Of a stretch of DNA of 10,447 nt, positions 1 through 7,146 are shown piece by piece. A program made the position numbers and the translations under genes. This DNA is from Bacteriovoracaceae bacterium. Lineage in GTDB: Bacteria > Bdellovibrionota > Bacteriovoracia > Bacteriovoracales > Bacteriovoracaceae. The notes beneath the pieces are model-generated. The model worked only from the letters and a program-made list of their open reading frames with translations, did not search any database and was not told the DNA's origin. The stretch spans positions 1 through 10,447 of the forward strand of contig JBFGZE010000100.1 of the NCBI GenBank assembly GCA_041586955.1, written 5' to 3'. Each line of letters begins with the position of its first letter. The first letter of the stretch is position 1.

Positions 1-2132
1 CCTGTTGCCAAAGAGAGAGCATTGCCTAAACGAGAATCAATGGCGTGCAGCTTAGGAAAGATTTGGTCTGCTAAATGACTTAAAAACTGTAGAGACCAAT
101 GTTGTGATGGCGTTTTTTTCGACGCTGTTAGGCCGAGCAAGTCTGGGGATATATAATAGGGGAGTGACGACTTGGAACCCGCTAGAGCACGACGCCATTC
201 AATTTGTTCGAAGATTTTTTTTCTATCCGGTCGCTGTTGAAAAGTACTTGATTGGCGCGATTCGATTCTTTTTCGCACTTCATCTTTGGCCTTTTCGACT
301 TGGGCCTTCGCCTCTTGTGCCTTGCTTTTGACAAATGTTTTGACCTTTTCTTGCTGTTCGAGGGCCTCTTTATTATTACAGGCCATATGAGTATATACTT
401 GAGCTTCACCTAATTTCTTTTGCCATTTCTTAGTAAAGGATATCGCCTTTTTTAAATCAATCGCAAGCCATGATAAATAGGCAACGGTAATGCCATATTC
501 GGCCCACCATTTTCCTGCCAATGGACAGGCCCAGCCCCCAAAAGTCGTGGCACAAATTGAACTATAACTAACCCCAAGTGCTTTTTTCATGGCGGCGATG
601 GCAACAGAGATGGCGATGGCATTCAGTGTTTTTTTCTGCCATTTTTTACCTTTTGCGACATTTTGTTTGGCAATGGCGACACGCTGGCGTTTACTATTTA
701 ATTCCTCTAATGAGGCGGCATGAGCGGCCTTAAACATGGTGAGAGCATTTTCTCGCGAGCGAGAGCTATTGGCGTATTCATCACCTAGGATCGCTTTTAA
801 CTTTAAACGGCACTCCTCGGCGAGCTTTTGATCAGTAGGATTAATGCGCATACATAATTGTTCAAAAATTTCTTCATGTAAATTGGCCGCGCGCTCCACC
901 GTTCTCATTTGCATGTCATTTTTATCTGCAGTGAAATCTTCGTTGGCACGGCATTGAGTCGTATCCTTAAAATATTGATTATCGTTAACTTGGGCAGCGA
1001 GGTAGGTCGCGGCAGCAGCTTTAAAAAGGTAATAGGATTTTGAACGAACTTTCTCACCACCTGAGGGATGACAGGCGAGGTCCTTAGCGCCCGCTGCGGC
1101 GAGTGCCATGACTTTGACGTTAGAAATTGCCATGGCACCATTGGCCTGGTCTTTATCGTGAGCATTAAGCGCCACTTCATAGAGAGCGTAGTCGGCGTTA
1201 TAAGTAGACTCTAATTCCAATTGAGTTAATTTCTCCGCCTTGATTTGCGCTAATTTGGCCGCCGAGTCTGTGGTAGCGTTCATGAGATCTTTTAAGCGAA
1301 CATTTGCTCGATGAAGTGTTCCCGATAATTCGCCACCTTGGGTACCGGAGAGGTCATGACTCTCTTTTTGCTTACTGTCATTACCTTTAAGATCAGCTTC
1401 AGCACCGATTATATTTTTTTCATCTTTACTATTGCGAATACTATTGCCCAAGCGATGGTAGGTTCGGCGGTTATTATCATAGGATTGCTTTGCCTTGTCC
1501 CTTTCCTCGCGGGCCTGATTGACCCTTTGTTTTGCAACACTGATTCTTTGAGTACAAGTTGAGCTGATCCGATCTTGACATGATTGGCGGACAGTCTTTA
1601 ACTCTTTTTCGGCTTGCAATAGTGCGACTTTTTTTTGTTGGTGTGCGGCCTTGGCATCGTCCATGCCTTTTTTAGCATTATCCAAATTTTGTTTTAATTG
1701 TGCTGCTCGAGCGGGATCAAATTGTCCCCCAGAACCATCGCTGGAATACTTTTGTTCGGCCCCAGTTAATTTCGTTGACAGGTCTGCGACTAACTTTCTT
1801 TGGCGGGCAATTTGTTCGAGCCTTTGATCGAGTACAGCTCCCTGATAATCCTCTAGAGATTTGTACTTATCCTTAGTACTTCTATTGTATTGATCACAAT
1901 AACTATGATTTTCACCTTTTGCGATCTTATCATGGGCCTTATTTTCTTTTCCTAGATCTTGTGATTCCTTGAGCGCTGCCTGACTTTCCTTGCTGGGACC
2001 GTCATTGTCTATCTCGCCCCTTTCGAGACGGGTGCCGTTAGACGCAATATTGGTTTGTTCCGCAAATATAGGAACGGCCCAAAGCGACCAGATAATGGCA
2101 TAAATTTGAAGCGAATAAAAGGCCCGCCCCAT
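1..2132 (-). CDS. Large secreted coiled-coil hypothetical protein, partial (>710 aa, 3' end beyond the left edge); absent from the ORF track
   Basis: Manual translation from ATG at 2132-2130 found no stop through position 1: MGRAFYSLQIYAIIWSLWAVPIFA|EQTNIASNGTRLERGEID...DSRLGNALSLATG. Shine-Dalgarno AAGGAG (2143-2138) lies 5 nt upstream. It has a Sec-type signal peptide, A/K/Q/E-rich helical stretches and 10 Cys. No family recognised. Confidence 0.93.
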   Translation of the reverse strand, partial: MGRAFYSLQIYAIIWSLWAVPIFAEQTNIASNGTRLERGEIDNDGPSKESQAALKESQDLGKENKAHDKIAKGENHSYCDQYNRSTKDKYKSLEDYQGAVLDQRLEQIARQRKLVADLSTKLTGAEQKYSSDGSGGQFDPARAAQLKQNLDNAKKGMDDAKAAHQQKKVALLQAEKELKTVRQSCQDRISSTCTQRISVAKQRVNQAREERDKAKQSYDNNRRTYHRLGNSIRNSKDEKNIIGAEADLKGNDSKQKESHDLSGTQGGELSGTLHRANVRLKDLMNATTDSAAKLAQIKAEKLTQLELESTYNADYALYEVALNAHDKDQANGAMAISNVKVMALAAAGAKDLACHPSGGEKVRSKSYYLFKAAAATYLAAQVNDNQYFKDTTQCRANEDFTADKNDMQMRTVERAANLHEEIFEQLCMRINPTDQKLAEECRLKLKAILGDEYANSSRSRENALTMFKAAHAASLEELNSKRQRVAIAKQNVAKGKKWQKKTLNAIAISVAIAAMKKALGVSYSSICATTFGGWACPLAGKWWAEYGITVAYLSWLAIDLKKAISFTKKWQKKLGEAQVYTHMACNNKEALEQQEKVKTFVKSKAQEAKAQVEKAKDEVRKRIESRQSSTFQQRPDRKKIFEQIEWRRALAGSKSSLPYYISPDLLGLTASKKTPSQHWSLQFLSHLADQIFPKLHAIDSRLGNALSLAT

Positions 2133-2210
2133 AACAACTCCTTAACAAATAAGTCATTCTCTTAATTATTGTAAAACAGCTCTGATTGGTGTTTGAGCAA
2201 TTTTATTAAC

Positions 2211-2237
2211 TATTCGGATCAAAGCGCTAAAAGGTTA
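2211..2237 (-). promoter_or_regulatory. Putative sigma28 (FliA)-type promoter for the large secreted protein
   Basis: The minus strand reads TAAC-N15-TCCGAATA versus consensus TAAA-N15-GCCGATAA. The spacer is exactly 15 nt, the CCGA core is intact, and it lies about 80 nt upstream of the ATG. Confidence 0.45.
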
Positions 2238-2393
2238 ATACCTTTGTGCAATTATAAATAGTTATGGTCCTTCGCGAAGATTATAGGATTTTTAGTGAGG
2301 AATTTTACGACGCCTCATAAATGGGGCACTTGAGGCCATGATATTTAAGGGAGTTGGCAAAAATTTAATTCGTGCTTTGGCAGTAGAGGCCTT

Positions 2394-2421
2394 TTGAGTA
2401 CAATATAAAGGTCTTTATAAT
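2394..2421 (+). promoter_or_regulatory. Putative sigma70 promoter for the Cys-rich protein gene
   Basis: TTGAGT (2394-2399), 16 nt spacer, perfect TATAAT (2416-2421), ending 16 nt before ATG 2438. The AT-rich context lowers specificity. Confidence 0.4.
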
Positions 2422-2437
2422 ATTAAGGGTCTTAATC

Positions 2438-2956
2438 ATGAATCAATTAATTATTATTTTTGCAGTATCACTATTTTTATCACCTCTAATGGCAATATCT
2501 ATTGATCCTCAATGCCAGAGTAATTGGCAAAAAATATGTGGCCAATCGGGTAGTATCGATCAGCGAAAAATTTGTGCTATGAAAAATCAAAAAAAACTGT
2601 CGGCGAGTTGCGTACAAGAAATTTCCTTAAGTGGAGAAAATGGTCGCTGCTTTGAAGAGTTTCAAAAAAAATGTCATGAAAATGAAGACCGCCAAGATTG
2701 CTTACAGCGGATTTCATCACGTTTATCACCGGAGTGTCGGGATGCCTTTAGCGATAAATTAAATGATAGCGATCAACAAATGGTCCAAACCTGCATGCCG
2801 GATATTAATTTACATTGTAAGTTTGATGAGGACTTGGCGCTTAAAGATGTGAATAAGGCGATCAAAGACTACCAACAATGTATCGAAAAAAACACCAGTA
2901 AATTCTCCAAGAATTGCCAAAATAATATTAAGGCCAACGAGAAGTTAAAGAAATAG
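2438..2956 (+). CDS. Secreted cysteine-rich repeat protein (three 4-Cys repeats resembling the GLG1/Cys_rich_FGFR repeat)
   Basis: Signal peptide MNQLIIIFAVSLFLSPLMA. The 12 Cys form three units of C-x7-C-x(11/8/20)-C-x11-C, ending LSASC, LSPEC and FSKNC. Confidence 0.8.
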   Translation: MNQLIIIFAVSLFLSPLMAISIDPQCQSNWQKICGQSGSIDQRKICAMKNQKKLSASCVQEISLSGENGRCFEEFQKKCHENEDRQDCLQRISSRLSPECRDAFSDKLNDSDQQMVQTCMPDINLHCKFDEDLALKDVNKAIKDYQQCIEKNTSKFSKNCQNNIKANEKLKK

Positions 2957-2958
2957 TT

Positions 2959-3300
2959 TTAGAGATAGCGGACAAAGCGGTTCTTCTCGTCCACTAGTAT
3001 ACATTTTGGTTCTATGGGTTTATCACTCATTTGAAAGCCAATAATAATGACTTCCTCTCCTGCCTTAACAAGATGGGCAGCAGCTCCATTGATACAAATT
3101 TGTCCCGAGCCTCTTTCACCTTTGATGACATAGGTTTCCAAGCGGGAGCCCGAGGTATTCGAGACGATGAGAACCTTTTGTCCTTCCCATAAATCAATCT
3201 TTTCTAGGAGGTCGGGGTCGATAGTAACGGATCCGATATAGGCGACGTCGGCTTGAGTGACGGTGGCCTTATGTATTTTTGACTGTAATAACTCACGCAT
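2959..3300 (-). CDS. panD: Aspartate 1-decarboxylase (pyruvoyl-dependent)
   Basis: SKIHKATVT, the YIG|SVTID autocleavage site, GSRLETYVI and [14 protein letters not shown] motifs; 113 aa; GGAG RBS upstream. Confidence 0.97.
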   Translation of the reverse strand: MRELLQSKIHKATVTQADVAYIGSVTIDPDLLEKIDLWEGQKVLIVSNTSGSRLETYVIKGERGSGQICINGAAAHLVKAGEEVIIIGFQMSDKPIEPKCILVDEKNRFVRYL

Positions 3301-3335
3301 TTAAATTGCTCCAAAAAACCCAGCGGGGCAATTTT

Positions 3336-3364
3336 TTTATACACGCTTTTATACGGCCTTACAA
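3336..3364 (-). promoter_or_regulatory. Putative internal sigma70 promoter for panD
   Basis: Minus strand TTGTAA (3364-3359), 17 nt spacer, TATAAA (3341-3336) in the 82-nt serB-panD gap. Confidence 0.4.
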
Positions 3365-3382
3365 GAGTCCAACTATTTGATT

Positions 3383-4579
3383 TTAGGTGTTTTGAAATGG
3401 GCCAGGGATACCCAAAAAGTAGAGTATACTGGTCATTGGGCCATGGCTCATGTGATTTTGCGCCTTTTGCCGGACAATATCCTTGGCATGAAAAGCGATC
3501 CCAAGGCCTGCGGCACTTAGCATATGAAGGTCATTGGCACCATCACCAATAGCGACCACTTGCTCGAGAGAAATTTTTTCTTGTTGGGCAATAACTTTCA
3601 AAAGGAAGGCCTTTTGTTCACCATTTATTATTTGGCCGACAACCTCACCGGTCAGTTTTTTGTCGATTATTTTAAGTTCATTTGCGAAGGCGTAATCGAG
3701 CCCTAGCTTTTCTTTGAGTGCTTCAGCGAAAAAAGTAAAGCCACCAGATATGAGGGCGACCTTATAACCGAGATTTTTCACCGTTTGGATAAATTCTTCT
3801 GTTCCTGGTGTTAAAGGAAGGTTTTCCAAAATGGTCTGCATTTTTTCAGTCGTTAGGCCTTTTAAAAGGGCGACACGCTCATTTAAAGACTCATCAAAAT
3901 TGAGCTCGCCATTCATGGCGCGTTCAGTAATTTCTCTAACCTTATCACCAGCTCCACAAGCGTCGGCCATCTCATCAATAACCTCTGTTTGTATCAGCGT
4001 AGAGTCCATATCAAAAACGATTAAACGTTTTGAACGGCGAAAAACATTATCTTTAAGGAATGCCATATCAACTTGATGACGATTTGAAATATCGATGAGA
4101 TCTTTTTTAACGGCACTAAAGTCCAGGTCTACTGGAATAACTGTAGAAATTTCTAATGTTTTAAAATTTCCGGGAGTCATATTATCGATTCGTAAAATAT
4201 TAATATTATAATCAGCTAATTTATGGGCCAAGTCTTTTATAAAGCCCACGCCTAAGCTGTCGGTGGTGACACAATTGAGAATGAACTGCTCTCCATTGGT
4301 ATAAAGAGAAGAGGCTCCCTCTGTCGGGATTTCTTGGTAGGTTAAGTTGAGCCCTTTTTTGGTGCTAACAAATAATAATTCTTTTAAGAGACCATCTTCC
4401 TCTGCTTGAGTGACTGTGGTGTCGATAAGAATGCTTAAGCTTAAAAGCCCATGGGTCACGGCCTGTCCCATATCTAAAATGGAATGATTGAGTTCATCAA
4501 TAATTTCTAATAAAGAGGAAGTAATACCGGGGTGATCGGGACCAGCGACGGTCACTAACATGGAGAGGCTATGAGACAT
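3383..4579 (-). CDS. serB: Phosphoserine phosphatase with N-terminal ACT domains (HAD family)
   Basis: ACT start VTVAGPDHPGIT; HAD motif I FDMDSTLIQTEVIDE; ISGGFTFFA; motif IV GDGANDL; 398 aa. Confidence 0.96.
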   Translation of the reverse strand: MSHSLSMLVTVAGPDHPGITSSLLEIIDELNHSILDMGQAVTHGLLSLSILIDTTVTQAEEDGLLKELLFVSTKKGLNLTYQEIPTEGASSLYTNGEQFILNCVTTDSLGVGFIKDLAHKLADYNINILRIDNMTPGNFKTLEISTVIPVDLDFSAVKKDLIDISNRHQVDMAFLKDNVFRRSKRLIVFDMDSTLIQTEVIDEMADACGAGDKVREITERAMNGELNFDESLNERVALLKGLTTEKMQTILENLPLTPGTEEFIQTVKNLGYKVALISGGFTFFAEALKEKLGLDYAFANELKIIDKKLTGEVVGQIINGEQKAFLLKVIAQQEKISLEQVVAIGDGANDLHMLSAAGLGIAFHAKDIVRQKAQNHMSHGPMTSILYFLGIPGPFQNT

Positions 4580-5246
4580 TTTTTGTTTTCCTTTTGGCCT
4601 TTATTTTTTGCAAAAGACCGAATGAGTATTCCATCGCTGAGTAAACAGAAATAATTGTAGAAATGTAAATAAAAAGGGAGCCGAAAAAAGGAAAGCTAAA
4701 ACCATGCCAATTATCGTAGGCCATGAGCATGGGGACACCAATCATTTGACAAGCAGTCTTCCACTTTCCCAATTTCCCGACAGGGACTTTGAGACCTTTT
4801 TGCATCGCTAATAAGCGAAGAGCGGTAATATACATTTCTCTAAGAACGAGAATAATGACCACTAATATGGGAATGCGATTAAGGCCCATTAATAAAATGA
4901 GGGAGGAGACCACAAGAAATTTATCGGCAATAGGGTCAAGGAAGGAACCAAAGACAGTGACAATTTTTCTTTTCCGGGCAATATATCCATCCAAAAAATC
5001 TGTCACCGCGGCGACGACAAAAGTCCAACCGGCAAGATAACCCAAAAAGAGGTGGTAAGGTTTAATCCATGAACCGGTAAAGGTGCATAGGAACAGCGAA
5101 GCGATGATAACAGGGATAAGCACCACGCGGAACATCGTGAGTCTATTGGGAAGATTATCGATCTCCCACTCATTATCAAGGGTAGGCCTTTGGCCAGATT
5201 CTTGGGGTTCGCCTGGAATTTCTTCTTTATCTATTTGATTTTCCAT
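4569..5246 (-). CDS. pgsA: CDP-diacylglycerol--glycerol-3-phosphate 3-phosphatidyltransferase
   Basis: NLPNRLTMFR, CDP-alcohol phosphotransferase signature TDFLDGYIARx8GxxxDPIADK, LRE, GKWKT; multiple TM helices; overlaps the serB start by 11 nt. Confidence 0.94.
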   Translation of the reverse strand: MENQIDKEEIPGEPQESGQRPTLDNEWEIDNLPNRLTMFRVVLIPVIIASLFLCTFTGSWIKPYHLFLGYLAGWTFVVAAVTDFLDGYIARKRKIVTVFGSFLDPIADKFLVVSSLILLMGLNRIPILVVIILVLREMYITALRLLAMQKGLKVPVGKLGKWKTACQMIGVPMLMAYDNWHGFSFPFFGSLFIYISTIISVYSAMEYSFGLLQKIKAKRKTKNVS

Positions 5247-5253
5247 CGCTGTA

Positions 5254-5282
5254 ATTTTAGCAAGTGAATTCTTTCTTGAAAA
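5254..5282 (-). promoter_or_regulatory. Putative extended -10 promoter for pgsA-serB(-panD), possibly giving a leaderless mRNA
   Basis: Minus strand TG-C-TAAAAT (5262-5254) is followed by 7 nt and then ATG 5246. A weak -35 TTTTCA sits at 17 nt spacing. No Shine-Dalgarno precedes the ATG. Confidence 0.5.
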
Positions 5283-5362
5283 GCCAATAGCTGAAGGTTT
5301 TGCCTGCTACCCGTCAATGAATGCAGGAGATAAGCTATAAAAGAACTCTAGGGGGGAACTTT

Positions 5363-6094
5363 ATGGCCGCACGCCTCAATTTGATCAAGACAGACTTTCA
5401 GGAATTAGAAAATAGAACTTTTCCACGGTTTCCCATCTCTTACATGATGTTTAAGCCGCTTTGTAATGAGTCTTGCCATGCGTTTGAAGTGGTCGATATC
5501 TCTCATACTGGCATGCAATTGAGTTTACGGGATGGGAGTCATACTTTCTGTGAAGGTGATAACTTCAAAGGTGCTCTGCATTGGCGGGGGAAGGGACTTG
5601 AACTCTCTTGTCAGGTAATGTGGTCTAAGGGGACACGTCTTGGTGTATCATTTGAAAACTCAGCTGCTTTTACTGAGCAAATCACAGATTTTTTGAGCGT
5701 TGAAAATATTGTCGCCTCTATGCGTCCTATTCATCAATCGAATTTAGATTTAGCGACTCCATCCAATCTGAAATATTGGCTTCAGGCCGATGGACCTGTT
5801 GAGATATTTATTTGGACTCATTTAGATGGTGAAATTTCACGTTTTAACTTTATCATGATGGGGAGTTTTCTCGAGTGGTGCGATGGTAAAGGCCTACGCA
5901 CTGGGAAAGTCCTCACTAAGAGAAATTCAGATACGCCTCTATTATCTGAAGATAAATTTGTTTTTCAAATTGATGAAGCTTTAGACGGAGACAAAATGAT
6001 CTTTGCTGAGCAAATTATCAAGTTGACACCGGAGCATTTCTTAACACCAGAAATTCTGGAGTTTCTTAAACTAAAAATTCATGTCAATCCTTAA
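5363..6094 (+). CDS. PilZ domain-containing protein (putative c-di-GMP receptor) with an unassigned C-terminal domain
   Basis: RxxxR (RTFPR) and D/NxSxxG (DISHTG) motifs, plus VMW...LGVSF strands. Start moved from 5321 to ATG 5363 because of the G-rich RBS AGGGGGG just upstream (243 aa). Confidence 0.85.
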   Translation: MAARLNLIKTDFQELENRTFPRFPISYMMFKPLCNESCHAFEVVDISHTGMQLSLRDGSHTFCEGDNFKGALHWRGKGLELSCQVMWSKGTRLGVSFENSAAFTEQITDFLSVENIVASMRPIHQSNLDLATPSNLKYWLQADGPVEIFIWTHLDGEISRFNFIMMGSFLEWCDGKGLRTGKVLTKRNSDTPLLSEDKFVFQIDEALDGDKMIFAEQIIKLTPEHFLTPEILEFLKLKIHVNP

Positions 6095-6104
6095 AGGGTA
6101 TTGC

Positions 6105-6133
6105 GTGACACTCTCTTAATTGTTTCCTATAAT
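6105..6133 (+). promoter_or_regulatory. Sigma70 promoter for the glpX operon
   Basis: GTGACA (6105-6110), 17 nt spacer, TATAAT (6128-6133); RBS AGGAG at 6154-6158. Confidence 0.7.
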
Positions 6134-6165
6134 GCCCGGGTAATTAATATTTCAGGAGAGTCCCG

Positions 6166-7119
6166 ATGAACCGAAATTTGGCCCTAGAATTTGTACGCGT
6201 TACTGAGATGGCAGCGATTGCTTCCGCCCGTTTAATGGGAAGGGGAGATGAGAAAGCAGCAGATCAGGCAGCTGTTGATGCTATGCGAGCTATGCTTGAT
6301 ACCGTTCAATGTGATGCTACGGTCGTTATTGGTGAAGGTGAAAGAGATGAAGCCCCCATGTTATATATTGGTGAAAAGGTCGGTGCCGGTTCAGGTCCAA
6401 AATTGGATATTGCTCTTGATCCATTAGAAGGGACAACTGTTTGTGCCACAGGTGGTTATAATTCCATTTCAGTAATGGCGATTGCCGAAGAAGGAAACTT
6501 CCTCAATGCTCCTGATACTTATATGCAAAAAATTGCTGTCGGTCCCGAGGGGAAAGGCATTATTGATATTTTAGAAAGCCCAGAAGAAAACCTAGGGCGT
6601 TTGGCGGAAGTCAAAAAATGTCGTGTCCAAGACTTAACCGCTGTGATCTTGGATCGCCCTCGGCATCACGACTTGATTAATGATGTAAGACGTACTGGTG
6701 CTCGTATCCAATTAATTGGAGATGGGGATGTTGCTGCGGCCTTGGCCTGTTGTGATGATAATTCAGGTGTCGATATTTTACTGGGAACAGGTGGAGCTCC
6801 TGAAGGCGTCATTGCCGCAGCAGCTTTACGATGTATGGGTGGTGATTTCCAAGGAGTATTGCGTCCGCGCAATAATGAAGAAATTGCTCGTGCCAAAAAA
6901 ATGGGTATCGATGATTGCAGTAAAGTATGGGCGATTGATGAATTAGCGAAGGGCAATGTTATGTTCTGTGCGACGGGTGTGACAACCGGAAATTTTCTTA
7001 AAGGTGTCCGCTTTAAGTCATGGGGGGCCACAACTTATTCCATGGTAATGCGTTCTCAATCAGGAACTGTGCGTCGTATTATGGCGGATCATCATTTTGA
7101 TACAAAACCACGATATTAA
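6166..7119 (+). CDS. glpX: Fructose-1,6-bisphosphatase class II
   Basis: RVTE.AA, GDEKAADQAAVDAMR, VVIGEGERDEAPMLYIGE, DPLEGT, DRPRH, DGDV, GGAPEGV and ATGVT motifs. Confidence 0.98.
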   Translation: MNRNLALEFVRVTEMAAIASARLMGRGDEKAADQAAVDAMRAMLDTVQCDATVVIGEGERDEAPMLYIGEKVGAGSGPKLDIALDPLEGTTVCATGGYNSISVMAIAEEGNFLNAPDTYMQKIAVGPEGKGIIDILESPEENLGRLAEVKKCRVQDLTAVILDRPRHHDLINDVRRTGARIQLIGDGDVAAALACCDDNSGVDILLGTGGAPEGVIAAAALRCMGGDFQGVLRPRNNEEIARAKKMGIDDCSKVWAIDELAKGNVMFCATGVTTGNFLKGVRFKSWGATTYSMVMRSQSGTVRRIMADHHFDTKPRY

Positions 7120-7146
7120 AAATATTTTATCCAGGATAATGGAATT

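Noticed and set aside
104..1562. Track ORFs 104-331(+), 182-409(-), 905-1180(-) and 1338-1562(+)
   Set aside because: All are antisense or off-frame shadows within the long 1-2132 minus-strand CDS.
2296..2337. Short complementary segments TGAGG / GCCTCAT / ATGGGGC / TGAGGC in the divergent intergenic region
   Set aside because: Stems of 5-7 bp with no recognisable riboswitch or ncRNA core; not supportable without covariation data.
2354..2392. TTGGCA hexamers as possible sigma54 -24 elements
   Set aside because: No TTGC -12 element at the required spacing.
3524..5040. Track ORFs 3524-3706, 3831-4076 and 4789-5040 (+)
   Set aside because: Antisense shadows of serB and pgsA with no recognisable motifs.
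5321..5362. Longer N-terminus for the PilZ protein
   Set aside because: No Shine-Dalgarno precedes 5321, whereas ATG 5363 has a G-rich RBS at suitable spacing.
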